This document shows, in pieces, positions 43,192 through 52,745 of a DNA stretch of 64,000 nucleotides. A model generated the notes under the pieces. The model saw only the letters and a list, made by a program, of their open reading frames with translations. It had not been told where the DNA came from and did no database searches. Every line of letters begins with the position of its first letter. Position 1 is the stretch's first letter. Both the position numbers and the translations under genes were made by a program. Origin of the DNA: an uncultured Spirochaetota bacterium (GTDB lineage Bacteria; Spirochaetota; Spirochaetia; SZUA-6; Fen-1364). The DNA lies in assembly GCA_963734545.1 (NCBI GenBank), contig CAVTHO010000009.1:64001-128000 (forward strand), written 5' to 3'.

Positions 43192-43857
43192 CTATGCGAA
43201 AAACGTAGACGGGACGAGCTTCTCCACGAGGGAGATCATCGTCTTGTTGATTCGTTCCAGCTCGTCCGCAGTGAGCCCGGAGCCGAAGGCCACCTTCTCC
43301 CGCCAGTTCGGCGTGAGTATGTCGGACGCAGAATGGGCGTCGGAATCGACGACCATGGAGGCTCCCGCCTCGCGCGCGAGGGCCACGACCCTGCCGTTTC
43401 CCAGGCCGTGCGAGAAGCGCGCGGACACCTCCAGGTGCACGCCGTTGGCGGCCGCCAGGCGTACTTCTTCCTCTGATATAAGCCCGGGGTGGGCGAGAAT
43501 GTCTACCCCCGCCTCGATGCCGGCCCTGTTGGTCCCGAGCGCCACGGGTTCGCAGACGGTTTCCCCGTGCAGGACCACCAGGCGCGCCCCGAGCTGCCGC
43601 GCGCGGCGCACCAGGCCCGCGATCTGGCCGGGCGGGACATGCGTCAGCTCCACGCCGGGAATGATGCGGATCTTCACGAAGGGCTGCGTCTCCCGGGCAA
43701 ACTGGACCACTGCCGAGAGCAGGCTGTCCAGATTGGACGCGTCGGCGTGGTCCGTGATGCCGATTGCCCGGTAACCGGCGTGCTCGGCGCGCCGGATCAG
43801 CTCGCCCGGGGACAGAGCTCCGTCGCTCAGAAACGTGTGCGTGTGCAGATCGATCAT
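43192..43857 (-). CDS. PHP domain protein (histidinol-phosphatase-like)
   Basis: DLHTHTFLSDG, ITDH, GVELTH, LAHPG and DSDAH. Confidence 0.9.
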   Translation of the reverse strand: MIDLHTHTFLSDGALSPGELIRRAEHAGYRAIGITDHADASNLDSLLSAVVQFARETQPFVKIRIIPGVELTHVPPGQIAGLVRRARQLGARLVVLHGETVCEPVALGTNRAGIEAGVDILAHPGLISEEEVRLAAANGVHLEVSARFSHGLGNGRVVALAREAGASMVVDSDAHSASDILTPNWREKVAFGSGLTADELERINKTMISLVEKLVPSTFFA

Positions 43858-45158
43858 TGCCCCCCTCCCCCGGGCATGGCCAGGACCCTGAAGTAGCGCG
43901 ACTCGGGATAGATCCCGTCCGAAGATACTATCTTGGCAAGGGCCGCGCGCACCTGCGCCTCCTCGGCCTCGTCCACGAGCATGAACAGATCCGAGGGTTT
44001 GGTCTTGTCCTCCCATTTCTGGTGCACGCTCTCGATATTGATGGCGTTCTCCGCGCAGATGCGGGTGACGAGGGCCCAGATGCCGGGCCTGTTTGCGGTG
44101 ACGAAATGAAAATAGCACTTGTTCACCATGCGTGCGGCGGGGAACGGTTGCATGCAGGCAAGTGCGGGAAGAGGAGCCCGCGGCACCTGCCGGGAGAGGA
44201 TGGTCTTCAGCACGTCCCCCAGGTCCGATGCCAGTGAAGAGGCGGTGGGGCTCCCGCCGGCCCCTTTTCCCTCATAGACCGATGCGCCGAGGAAATCGGA
44301 GTCCACGAGCACTCCGTTGAACTCGTCACGGACGCCGGCAAGGGGATGGTCCAGCGGCACCAGCGCCGGGTAGACGGTGACCAGCGGCGCCCCTTCCATC
44401 ATGCGGGCCTGCGCAACGAGCTTGAACACGAACCCGCTGGAAAGGCAGAACTCGATGTCCTTCTGCGTCACGCCGGCAATTCCTTCGCACAGGATGTCGC
44501 GCGGCTCGATCCAGCAGTCGAACGCGAGGCTGGCGAGAAGCCCGATCTTCTGCGCGGCGTCGCCGCCGCTCACGTCGAGCGTCGGGTCCGCCTCGGCAAA
44601 CCCCTTTTGCTGGGCCTGCGCAAGGGCGTCGGCAAAGGAAAGTTTCTCCTCGGTCATGCGCGTGAGAATATAGTTGGTGGTTCCATTGACGATGCCGACG
44701 ATGCTTCTCACCCGGTTTCCCATGAGGCTCTCGCGCAGGACCTTGATGATCGGTATGCCGCCGCACACGGCGGCCTCGAACTTCAGCTCCACGCCGCGCG
44801 CGCCGGCGAGCGCAAGGAGCTCCCGTCCGTGCGCGGAGAGAAGCGCCTTGTTCGCCGTGATCACGTGCTTGCCGCGGTTCAGCGCCTCGCGGACCAACGG
44901 GAGGGGTGCATCCGCCCCGCCGGTGAGCTCCACGACGATAGGCACGGAAGGGTCATCCAGGATTTCGTTCCATCCGCTCACCACGCGGGTGCCCGGTCCC
45001 ACGCGGCGCTTCCGGGAGGCGTCCCGGACGCCGACCCAGGGAACTTCGATCGTCACCCCCAGCCGCCGCCCGAACTCGGCCGCGTTGCGCGTCAGCAGGT
45101 TGTAGAAGCTCTCCCCCACCGTGCCGAAGCCGACGAGACCGATTCTTACTCTGTCCAT
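43854..45158 (-). CDS. hom: Homoserine dehydrogenase with C-terminal ACT domain
   Basis: GFGTVG, TANKAL, FEAAVCGGIP, NGTTNYIL, AEADPTLDV and GAGG.PTAS. Confidence 0.95.
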   Translation of the reverse strand: MDRVRIGLVGFGTVGESFYNLLTRNAAEFGRRLGVTIEVPWVGVRDASRKRRVGPGTRVVSGWNEILDDPSVPIVVELTGGADAPLPLVREALNRGKHVITANKALLSAHGRELLALAGARGVELKFEAAVCGGIPIIKVLRESLMGNRVRSIVGIVNGTTNYILTRMTEEKLSFADALAQAQQKGFAEADPTLDVSGGDAAQKIGLLASLAFDCWIEPRDILCEGIAGVTQKDIEFCLSSGFVFKLVAQARMMEGAPLVTVYPALVPLDHPLAGVRDEFNGVLVDSDFLGASVYEGKGAGGSPTASSLASDLGDVLKTILSRQVPRAPLPALACMQPFPAARMVNKCYFHFVTANRPGIWALVTRICAENAINIESVHQKWEDKTKPSDLFMLVDEAEEAQVRAALAKIVSSDGIYPESRYFRVLAMPGGGGQ

Positions 45159-48100
45159 ACGTCGGCCACCTGCGGGTATTCACGCAGGCCGGCGAGCACC
45201 TCCTCGGCATGCGCGACCCTGATCTGCGACGAGGCTTCCACGACGATCTCCCGGCCGTTGCCGCTTCCGAGGTGGAAGAAGAGCGAGCAGCCGCCCCGCC
45301 TGTCCAGCAGGAATTCACGGATCTTGTGAAGGCTCTCCTCGGTGCCTACTTCTTCGTTGAGCCTGACGTGCACCGCCTGCGCCGGCTTCTGCGGCAGCGC
45401 TCCCGGCGCCATGATGTCCTCTACCTTCACTTTCGCCTCTCCCCTCGTGGTATCGATCTTTCCCCTGACCCCGACGATGGAGTCATTCGCAATGAGCGCG
45501 CGTCTCGCATCATAGACATCCGAAAAAATGATCAGCTCGATGGAACCGCGGTAGTCCTCCAGCCGGGCAAAGGCCATGGTCCTGCCGTTGCGGGTGCGTA
45601 TTTCCCGCAGCTCGCTCAGGATCCCGACCAGGTTGCAGGCCCGCTCGTTGGAAAGGCTCTCCTTTGCGGAGAGGTCCACCGTCACGGTGCGCGCAATGAG
45701 CTCCCGCCAGGCATCCAGCGGGTGCCCGGAAAAGAAGAAGCCGAGGTTCTCCTTTTCCGACTCCAGGAGTTTTGCCGCCGGCAGCTCCGGCTGGCGCTCG
45801 AGATCCATGGCTGCGGCGGGCGCGTCGGCAGCCCCTTCGAACAGCGACACCTGGCCGTAGCGCGCAGCTTCCCGCTGTTTCGCGCAGAGCTCCATGACCT
45901 TCGCCATGTTGTGCAGGAGGGTGGCGCGTGTCTCCCCCAGGCGGTCGAACGCCCCCGTGATCACCAGGCTCTCCGCCACTTTGCGGTTCACCTCGTGCGA
46001 GTCGATCCGGTTGAAGAAATCCAGGAAGCCGGCGAATGGGCCGTTCTTCTCCCGCTCACCGATGATGGCGTCCACCGCCCCGGCGCCCACGTTCTTGATG
46101 CCCAGAAGACCGAAAACGATCTTCCCCTTCTCGACCGTAAAGTCTTTCTGCGAGAGGTTGACATCCGGAGGGAGCACCTCGATGCCCATCTCACGCGCCT
46201 CGTGGATGAGCTGGGCCATGCGGTCCGTGTCGCTCATCTCGTTCGTGCAGTTGGCCGCGATGAACTCCGCCGGGTGGTTGGCCTTGAGCCAGATCGTATG
46301 ATAGGCGGGGATGGTGTATGCGGCGGCATGGCTCTTGTTGAACCCGTAGCCGCTGAACGCAAAGAGGAGCTCGAATATCCTTTCCGACGTGGCGGCGTCA
46401 TAGCCGTTGGCTTTGGACCCGGTGAGGAACTTCTCCTTCATCTTGAGCATTTCCTCGGGCTTCTTCTTTCCCATTGCCCTGCGGAGGATGTCGGCCTGGC
46501 CCAGTGTAAACCCCGCCACGACCTGGGCCATCTCCATGACCTGCTCCTGGTAGACCGGGACGCCGTAGGTCTCCTTCAGGACGCTCTCCAGCTCCGGCAG
46601 CGGGTACTCGATCCGCTTCCGGCCGGACTTGTTTTCCACGAATGTGTCGATGTGGTCCATGGCCCCGGGCCGGTACAGCGCGTTCAAGGCGATAAGGTCC
46701 TCGATCTTGCCCGGCCGCGCCTTCTTCAATACGCCCTGCATGCCCGAGCTTTCGAACTGGAAGGCTCCCGTGCTCTTGCCCTCGCAGAACATTCTGAAGG
46801 TGGCGGGGTCATCCTCGGGAATGGATTTCAGCTCGATGGCAACACCCTTTTTCCGCACGAGCGCGAGGGCGTCCTCGATCACCGTGAGCGTCTTCAGGCC
46901 GAGGAAATCCATCTTGACCAGCCCGCACTCCTCGAGGAAATCCATTGTGTACTGGGTGGAAACGAGACCCGTCTTGGGATCGCGATACAGCGGCACGTAC
47001 CGCACGAGCGGCTCCCTGCCGACCACGATGCCCGCCGCGTGCGTGGAGGCGTGCCGGTGCAGACCCTCCAGCTTCAGGCTGATCTCGATCAGCTCCTTGT
47101 ACTGCGGCCCGCGGTTGGCCACCTCCTCCAGCTTCGGGTTTTCCTTCAGCGCCGTGTCCAGGTCGATCTTGGGGCCTTCGGGAACGAGCTTGGCGATGGC
47201 GTCCGCTTCGTCGTAGGGAAGGTCGAGGACACGCGCCACGTCGCGGATCACCGCGCGGGCCTTCAGCGTGCCGAACGTGATGATCTGGCCGACCTTGTCC
47301 TCACCGTATTTGCGGGTGACGTAGGAGATGACCTCATCCCTTCGGCGATGGCAGAAATCGATGTCGAAGTCGGGCATGGACACCCGTTCGGGATTGAGGA
47401 ACCGCTCGAAGAGCAGGCCGTACTTCAATGGATCGATGTCGGTGATCTTGAGGCTGTACGCCACGAGGGAGCCCGCACCGGAGCCCCGGCCCGGGCCCAC
47501 GGCGATGCCGTTCTCCTTGGCGTAGTGGATGAAGTCCCAGACGATGAGGAAGTAGCCGGTGAAGCCCATGGAGGTGATGATGGAAAGCTCGTATTCGAGC
47601 CGCTTCGCAGTCTCCGGAGGCACCGGGTCGAACCTCTCTGCGAGCCCCTTGCGGGCGAGGTCCGTGAGGTAGCCTTCCGGCGTGGTGCCGGCCGGCACCA
47701 CGTACACGGGAAACTGCGGGCTGAGGCTCGGTATCTCCAGGGTGCATGACTCGGCGATCGCCACCGTGTTCGCGATGGCCTCGGGCAGCTCGGCGAATAC
47801 ATTCGCCATCTCGTCCCCGGACTTGAAGTAGAACTCGGGGTGCTCGAACTTCATCCGCTTGCCCTCGGACACCTTCTTGCCGGTGCCGATGCAGATGAGC
47901 ACGTCCTGCGCGCGCGCGTCCTCCCGGGCGGTGTAGTGCACGTCATTCGTGGCGACGAGCGGGATACCCGTTTCACGGGAAAGCTTCACGAGCTCCTTGT
48001 TCACGAGCGCCTGTTCGGGGATCCCGTGGTCCTGCAGCTCCAGGTAGAAGCCGTCCGGCCCGAAAAGCTCCCGGTAGTACAGCGCGCGCGTCCGGGCCTC

Positions 48101-48562
48101 GTCCGGCTGGCCATTCAGGATCGCGGCAGGGATGTCGCCGGCAAGGCAGGCGCTGAGGGCGATGAGCCCTTCGTGGTGCTGCTCGAGGAGCTCGTCGTCG
48201 ATGCGGGGCTTGTAGTAGAAGCCTTCCGTGTACCCCAGGGAGCTGAGCGCGAGAAGGTTCTCGTACCCTTTCAGGTTGCGGGCGAGAAGCACGAGGTGAT
48301 GATGCCGCGTGCCCTTCTCACTGCCCGACTTTTCGCGGCGTGACCGGGGCGCCTTGTAGCATTCGGAGCCGATGATGGGCGCGACGCCCCCCTTCCTGCA
48401 TTCCTTGTAAAACGCGAGTGATCCGAACATGTTGCCATGGTCGGTCAGCGCAAGATGAGACATGCCCAGGTGTTTCGCGCGGGCCACCAGGGCTTCTATG
48501 GAGGAAGCGCCGTCAAGGAGAGAGAAATCCGAATGGCAATGCAGGTGCACGAACGGTGTCAC
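45146..48562 (-). CDS. dnaE: DNA polymerase III alpha subunit
   Basis: HLHCHSDFSLLDG, GRGSGAGS, MPDFDIDF, KMDFLGL and YGFNKSHAAAY; no intein visible. Confidence 0.98.
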   Translation of the reverse strand: MTPFVHLHCHSDFSLLDGASSIEALVARAKHLGMSHLALTDHGNMFGSLAFYKECRKGGVAPIIGSECYKAPRSRREKSGSEKGTRHHHLVLLARNLKGYENLLALSSLGYTEGFYYKPRIDDELLEQHHEGLIALSACLAGDIPAAILNGQPDEARTRALYYRELFGPDGFYLELQDHGIPEQALVNKELVKLSRETGIPLVATNDVHYTAREDARAQDVLICIGTGKKVSEGKRMKFEHPEFYFKSGDEMANVFAELPEAIANTVAIAESCTLEIPSLSPQFPVYVVPAGTTPEGYLTDLARKGLAERFDPVPPETAKRLEYELSIITSMGFTGYFLIVWDFIHYAKENGIAVGPGRGSGAGSLVAYSLKITDIDPLKYGLLFERFLNPERVSMPDFDIDFCHRRRDEVISYVTRKYGEDKVGQIITFGTLKARAVIRDVARVLDLPYDEADAIAKLVPEGPKIDLDTALKENPKLEEVANRGPQYKELIEISLKLEGLHRHASTHAAGIVVGREPLVRYVPLYRDPKTGLVSTQYTMDFLEECGLVKMDFLGLKTLTVIEDALALVRKKGVAIELKSIPEDDPATFRMFCEGKSTGAFQFESSGMQGVLKKARPGKIEDLIALNALYRPGAMDHIDTFVENKSGRKRIEYPLPELESVLKETYGVPVYQEQVMEMAQVVAGFTLGQADILRRAMGKKKPEEMLKMKEKFLTGSKANGYDAATSERIFELLFAFSGYGFNKSHAAAYTIPAYHTIWLKANHPAEFIAANCTNEMSDTDRMAQLIHEAREMGIEVLPPDVNLSQKDFTVEKGKIVFGLLGIKNVGAGAVDAIIGEREKNGPFAGFLDFFNRIDSHEVNRKVAESLVITGAFDRLGETRATLLHNMAKVMELCAKQREAARYGQVSLFEGAADAPAAAMDLERQPELPAAKLLESEKENLGFFFSGHPLDAWRELIARTVTVDLSAKESLSNERACNLVGILSELREIRTRNGRTMAFARLEDYRGSIELIIFSDVYDARRALIANDSIVGVRGKIDTTRGEAKVKVEDIMAPGALPQKPAQAVHVRLNEEVGTEESLHKIREFLLDRRGGCSLFFHLGSGNGREIVVEASSQIRVAHAEEVLAGLREYPQVADVWTE

Positions 48563-48680
48563 GCGACGCGGGCCCCCTCCCTAGGCATGGACGCCGAGGG
48601 CGCGCGAGTGCAGGGATGTACTTTAGCGCGCCAGCCCCGACATGATAACCGTGCGCGCACTCCGTGTAAAGAGAACCCGT

Positions 48681-48696
48681 GCACGGTATCCCGTGC
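48681..48696. repeat. Single module D hairpin just past the aminotransferase stop
   Basis: gcacgg-tatc-ccgtgc. Confidence 0.75.
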
Positions 48697-48697
48697 G

Positions 48698-49885
48698 TCA
48701 CCGGCGGCAGGCTTCTCCGACTTCCACGACCGCGCGGATGACCCGTGCGACCTCCTGGTCGGTGAGCGAGGCGCTCAGGGGAAGGCTGATGCAGGAGCGA
48801 AAGCACCGCAGCGCGGAGGGGAAGTCATCCGGCTTCAGGGAATACTTGTCCCGATAGTAGGACATGAGGTGCAGGGGAATGAAATGGACCGAGACGCCTA
48901 TTCCCCGCTTCACGAGCTCCTCGATGAAGCCGTCCCTGTCGATGGACAGCTTTGCTTCCCTGATTCTGATGATGAAAAGGTGCCAGGCGTGGTTGTCCGA
49001 CCGGGGAGGCACCTGCAGGAAATCGAGGCCCCCGAATGCCGCCAGGTATTTCAACGCAACGGCGCGGCGCTGCAGAAGAAGGGTTTCCGCCTTCTGGAGC
49101 TGCACCCTTCCGATGGCGGCGGCGAGATCCGTGAGATTGTACTTGTAGCCCGGTGCCACGACATCGTACCTCCACGTGGCCCCCGGATCCGTGTACCGCT
49201 TCCAGACGTCCCTGTCGATCCCGTGCAGGCGCATGACGCGGATGCGCCGCGCCAGCTCATCCCTGTCGGTGACGACCATTCCCCCTTCTCCCGTGGTGAT
49301 GGTTTTGGTTGCATAGAAGGAGAAGACCCCTGCATCGCCCAGCGTGCCCAGAAACCGGTTTCCCATGCGCACGGGGAACGCGTGTGCGGCGTCTTCCACC
49401 ACCGGTACGCCGTAGGTGACGGAGAGACGGCCAATGGCCTCCATGTCGCAGGGCAGTCCGGCCAGATGCACGGGAATGATGGCGGACACCCGCCGCCCCG
49501 CCCGTGCCATCCGGTCCAGCGTCTCCTCCAGGCGGGAGACGTCGATGTTCAGCGTGGCGGGGTCGATGTCGACAAAGACGGGATCCGCGCCGAGATAACG
49601 AACGACCTCGGCCGTTGCCGCGAAAGTGAACGGCGTGGTGAGCACGACGCTGCCCGGGCTCACGCCGAGTGATTCGAGGGCCAGGTGCAGACCGGCGGTG
49701 GCGGAATTGAGGGCAATCGCGTGCCGGGAGCCCGCGTATGCGGCGAACTCCGATTCGAACCGCGCCGCCACGTCGCCCGTCGTGAGCCACCCGGACCGCA
49801 TCACGGCAAGGACGGCATCCTCCTCCTCCTTGCCAAGGGACGGACGGGAGAAGGGAACAAATGGGGCGGACGGAACTTCACTCAC
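48698..49885 (-). CDS. DegT/DnrJ/EryC1/StrS PLP-dependent sugar aminotransferase
   Basis: SGWLTTG, NSATAGLHL, VEDAAHA and FSFYATKTITTGEGGM. Confidence 0.94.
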   Translation of the reverse strand: MSEVPSAPFVPFSRPSLGKEEEDAVLAVMRSGWLTTGDVAARFESEFAAYAGSRHAIALNSATAGLHLALESLGVSPGSVVLTTPFTFAATAEVVRYLGADPVFVDIDPATLNIDVSRLEETLDRMARAGRRVSAIIPVHLAGLPCDMEAIGRLSVTYGVPVVEDAAHAFPVRMGNRFLGTLGDAGVFSFYATKTITTGEGGMVVTDRDELARRIRVMRLHGIDRDVWKRYTDPGATWRYDVVAPGYKYNLTDLAAAIGRVQLQKAETLLLQRRAVALKYLAAFGGLDFLQVPPRSDNHAWHLFIIRIREAKLSIDRDGFIEELVKRGIGVSVHFIPLHLMSYYRDKYSLKPDDFPSALRCFRSCISLPLSASLTDQEVARVIRAVVEVGEACRR

Positions 49886-49899
49886 CGTGCTTCCCTGGC

Positions 49900-49917
49900 G
49901 GCGCGGCACTCCGCGCC
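49900..49917. repeat. Single module D hairpin between the two sugar genes
   Basis: ggcgcgg-cact-ccgcgcc. Confidence 0.75.
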
Positions 49918-49925
49918 TCGTCAAG

Positions 49926-51437
49926 TCAGAACTCCTTCTCTTCATGCGCGGGACCGATGCCCGGGATCACCTCCTGCAGCACCGCGCGCAGCGCGCGCTT
50001 GTTGCGGAAGAGCGCGGCACATTGCGCGTCGCGGAAACAAATCGGCCGAAGCCGCTCCAGGACCGTGACAATCCTGCCGTTTATGAGAGTCTTCCTCCTG
50101 AGCTTGAGGATCTTGGGATGCTCGGTTTTTTCCGGTGTCTCGGTATCGGCGTACAGCTTTTCCAGCAGCTTTTCGCCCTTGCGGAGACCGGTATACAGGA
50201 GGGGGATATCGTTGCCCGGCTCGTAGCCGTAGAACCGGATCATCTGCTCGGCCAGATCCTTGATGGAGACGCTCTCTCCCATGTCGAGGAGGTAGACCTC
50301 ACCTCCGGATCCGACGCCTCCTGCTTTCAAGACCAGGGAAGAGGCCTCGGGGATGGTCATGAAGTATCGCCGGGCTTCCGGATGCGTGACCGTCACCGGC
50401 CCGCCCTTGAGGATCTGGCGGCGGAAAAGGGGCAGGATGCTGCCGCTGGAGCCCAGGACATTGCCGAATCGGACGACCAGGAAGTGAAGGCCGTTCCTGC
50501 CCTCTCGCAGGACGATCTCCTCCGCCAGCAGCTTGGAGGCGCCGTACACGGAGCTGGGCTCCACCGCCTTGTCCGTGGAGATGAGCACAAACCTCTCCAC
50601 GCCGCTCTTTCTGGACGCATCCACGATGTTCCTGGTTCCGAAGACATTGTTCTTCACCGCCTCGACGGGATTGGCCTCCATCAACGGCACGTGCTTGTGG
50701 GCGGCGGTGTGGAACACGACGTGCGCGCGCGTGCGGGACAGGATGAAGTGCAGGTAGTCCCCATCCTGCATCTCGCCGATTATCGGCACGATGGTCGCTT
50801 TCTCCCCGACGCCCTCTTCCTGGAGCAGGCGCAGCTCGTGCTCGATCTTGTAGATGCTGTTCTCCCCGTGGCCGAACAGGTACAACCTCTCCGCGCCGCC
50901 CTCCAGGAGCTGGCGGCAGAGCTCGGACCCGATGCTCCCGCCGGCGCCGGTCACGAGCACTCTCTTCCCCCGCACGTAGGCGAGGCTCTTTTTCAAATTC
51001 ACGCGCACCGGGTCGCGCGCCAGGAAGTCCTCGGGATCGATCTCGCGCGCCTGGATGAGGTGCGCCTCGCCGTCGAGTATCTGCGCGATCTGGGGCACGA
51101 TGCGGATCCTGGCGAACCGGGCCCGACGGAGGATGGCGTAGATCTTGGCGAGCTGTTCGCGTGTCGCGCTGGGAATCGCGATGATCGCCTCGTCTGCCGG
51201 CGTGGTCTTGATCATGCGGGCGGCCGCCTCGATGGGCCCCAGCACCGGGATCCCGTCGATACGCCTGCCGATCTTCGCCGGGTCGTCGTCCAGGAATGCG
51301 ACCACACGGCCGAAGACCCTCTTGGTCCTGATCTCGGCCGCAATCGTGATGCCCGTGAAGCCCGCGCCGATCACGTAGATGGTGTTGCGCGAATCGTCCG
51401 CCATTACTATGAATGTCGGAAGGTTTGAGACGCGCAT
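49926..51437 (-). CDS. Nucleotide-sugar 4,6-dehydratase (CapD/PglF/WbpM-like, lacking the N-terminal TM region)
   Basis: VTGAGGSIGSELCRQ, AAHKHVPLME, ISTDKAV, YGASK, VRFGNVLGS and GLRKGEKL. Confidence 0.93.
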   Translation of the reverse strand: MRVSNLPTFIVMADDSRNTIYVIGAGFTGITIAAEIRTKRVFGRVVAFLDDDPAKIGRRIDGIPVLGPIEAAARMIKTTPADEAIIAIPSATREQLAKIYAILRRARFARIRIVPQIAQILDGEAHLIQAREIDPEDFLARDPVRVNLKKSLAYVRGKRVLVTGAGGSIGSELCRQLLEGGAERLYLFGHGENSIYKIEHELRLLQEEGVGEKATIVPIIGEMQDGDYLHFILSRTRAHVVFHTAAHKHVPLMEANPVEAVKNNVFGTRNIVDASRKSGVERFVLISTDKAVEPSSVYGASKLLAEEIVLREGRNGLHFLVVRFGNVLGSSGSILPLFRRQILKGGPVTVTHPEARRYFMTIPEASSLVLKAGGVGSGGEVYLLDMGESVSIKDLAEQMIRFYGYEPGNDIPLLYTGLRKGEKLLEKLYADTETPEKTEHPKILKLRRKTLINGRIVTVLERLRPICFRDAQCAALFRNKRALRAVLQEVIPGIGPAHEEKEF

Positions 51438-51455
51438 GAGCGGACGCGGTGCTCG

Positions 51456-52007
51456 CTAGCCGGGCTGCGGCGCCCCCGGGGGGGGCCCTCCCTCCACGCG
51501 CGCTTCCAGCGAATCGAACCCGAAGTCCACCTCGAACGAGTTGTCGTACATCGCCAGGCGCACCTTGGCGCGCCCCTTGCGGCGGTCCACCCGGACAATC
51601 ATCCCCTCCAGGCCTTTGAGCGGGCCCGAGACGATTCTGATGCTCTTGTTCTCGTCGAAGTATGCCACGGATTTCTTCACGATTTCCCCGAAGGAGAGAA
51701 AGTGGGAAAGAAGGTCCTGGTCCCTTTTCTCCAAAGGCGCGATCTTCTCATTCGACGGAAGAAATCGGATGAAACCGGGAGCGCGTTTCAGGCCGGCGTA
51801 GAGGGCGGGGCCGACGGAATCCGCCTGCAGGAACACATAGCTGGGAAAGATGGGGGCGAGAGAGTCGTGCCACGCGCCCAGTCTTCTGATGCGCAGGCTG
51901 CGCCGCGGCCACAGCAGCCGCGCGTCTGCCCCCCGAAGCCTCTGCTCGGCAAGTGCGAGAAAACGGGCTTCGCTTCCTGTCCAGATCTGAAGGGCGTAAT
52001 AGGCCAT
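51456..52007 (-). CDS. NusG paralog antiterminator (LoaP/UpxY-like)
   Basis: YYALQIWTGSE, PIFPSYVF and KOW motif IVSGPLKGLEG...RRKGRAKV; heads sugar-biosynthesis genes. Confidence 0.88.
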   Translation of the reverse strand: MAYYALQIWTGSEARFLALAEQRLRGADARLLWPRRSLRIRRLGAWHDSLAPIFPSYVFLQADSVGPALYAGLKRAPGFIRFLPSNEKIAPLEKRDQDLLSHFLSFGEIVKKSVAYFDENKSIRIVSGPLKGLEGMIVRVDRRKGRAKVRLAMYDNSFEVDFGFDSLEARVEGGPPPGAPQPG

Positions 52008-52027
52008 GTGACCCTGTCGGTTCGCCG

Positions 52028-52056
52028 ACGGTATCACCGTGGGCACGCCTCATCAA
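52028..52056 (-). promoter_or_regulatory. Putative promoter of the NusG paralog
   Basis: TTGATG-N17-TACCGT with an extended -10 TG. Confidence 0.5.
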
Positions 52057-52126
52057 GCCCTGTCATGAAAGCCCACGCATGGGCTGAACATCGGGCGGTG
52101 CCGATAATCGAGTGCAAGGAGTACAC

Positions 52127-52624
52127 ATGTTCAGGCGATTGCTCCCCCTGTTCTGGATGGTCCTCATCGGCGCCGTGCCGCTTGCCGCAGAGACCGTTCT
52201 GCTGGTCGTGCAGGAAAGAATCGACGGGAAACCTCTCCCTCCGCCGCTGGCGGCCAAGGAAGGGCTCGGAAGCGGCCTCTTCGACGCGGGCTTCATCGTT
52301 CTGGAGTTCCCCGACTCTGACCGGGCTCCTGACCAGGCGGCCGTGACACATACGGCGCGCTCGGCCGGAGCCGACCTGATATTGACCGTCTCCGTCGAGT
52401 ACACCGAGACCGCGGTCAGCGCGAACCTCTTCGGTCGCTCGGCACGCGCTGTCTATGCCCTCACGAACGCGGCCAACGGCATGGTCCGCGTAAAAGGGAT
52501 GCAGAACGTATCGAACAAGGACAGGGAGGCGGAGGTTGATCGACGCGCCCTCGGGGAGGAATTGGGCGCGCTCATCGCGAAGAAGGTTGCCGAGGCGCTC
52601 ACAGCAGCCGCGCCGGCGTCCTGA
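52127..52624 (+). CDS. Hypothetical exported protein
   Basis: AAGGAG SD and signal peptide MFRRLLPLFWMVLIGAVPLAA. Confidence 0.7.
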   Translation: MFRRLLPLFWMVLIGAVPLAAETVLLVVQERIDGKPLPPPLAAKEGLGSGLFDAGFIVLEFPDSDRAPDQAAVTHTARSAGADLILTVSVEYTETAVSANLFGRSARAVYALTNAANGMVRVKGMQNVSNKDREAEVDRRALGEELGALIAKKVAEALTAAAPAS

Positions 52625-52745
52625 GGGATGGCCTCGCACGCGCCCCGATTCTCCGCTATAATTGAAGAGTAATGCGCCGCATGGGTGAAAATTCTCGTCG
52701 GAGACTCCCCCTTTTTTCCGATCATGAAAGGAGGAGAACCTCCGT

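Noticed and set aside
49886-49945. RGVPR-containing N-terminal extension of the DegT aminotransferase
   Set aside because: The GTG at 49885 with an AGGGA SD is the more plausible start, which makes this D copy intergenic.
52070-52085. UNCG-loop hairpin (AGCCCA-UGCG-UGGGCU on the minus strand) as a LoaP-binding leader element
   Set aside because: It lies upstream of the best promoter candidate (52028-52056), so it is probably not in the transcript, and it has an A-U closing pair.
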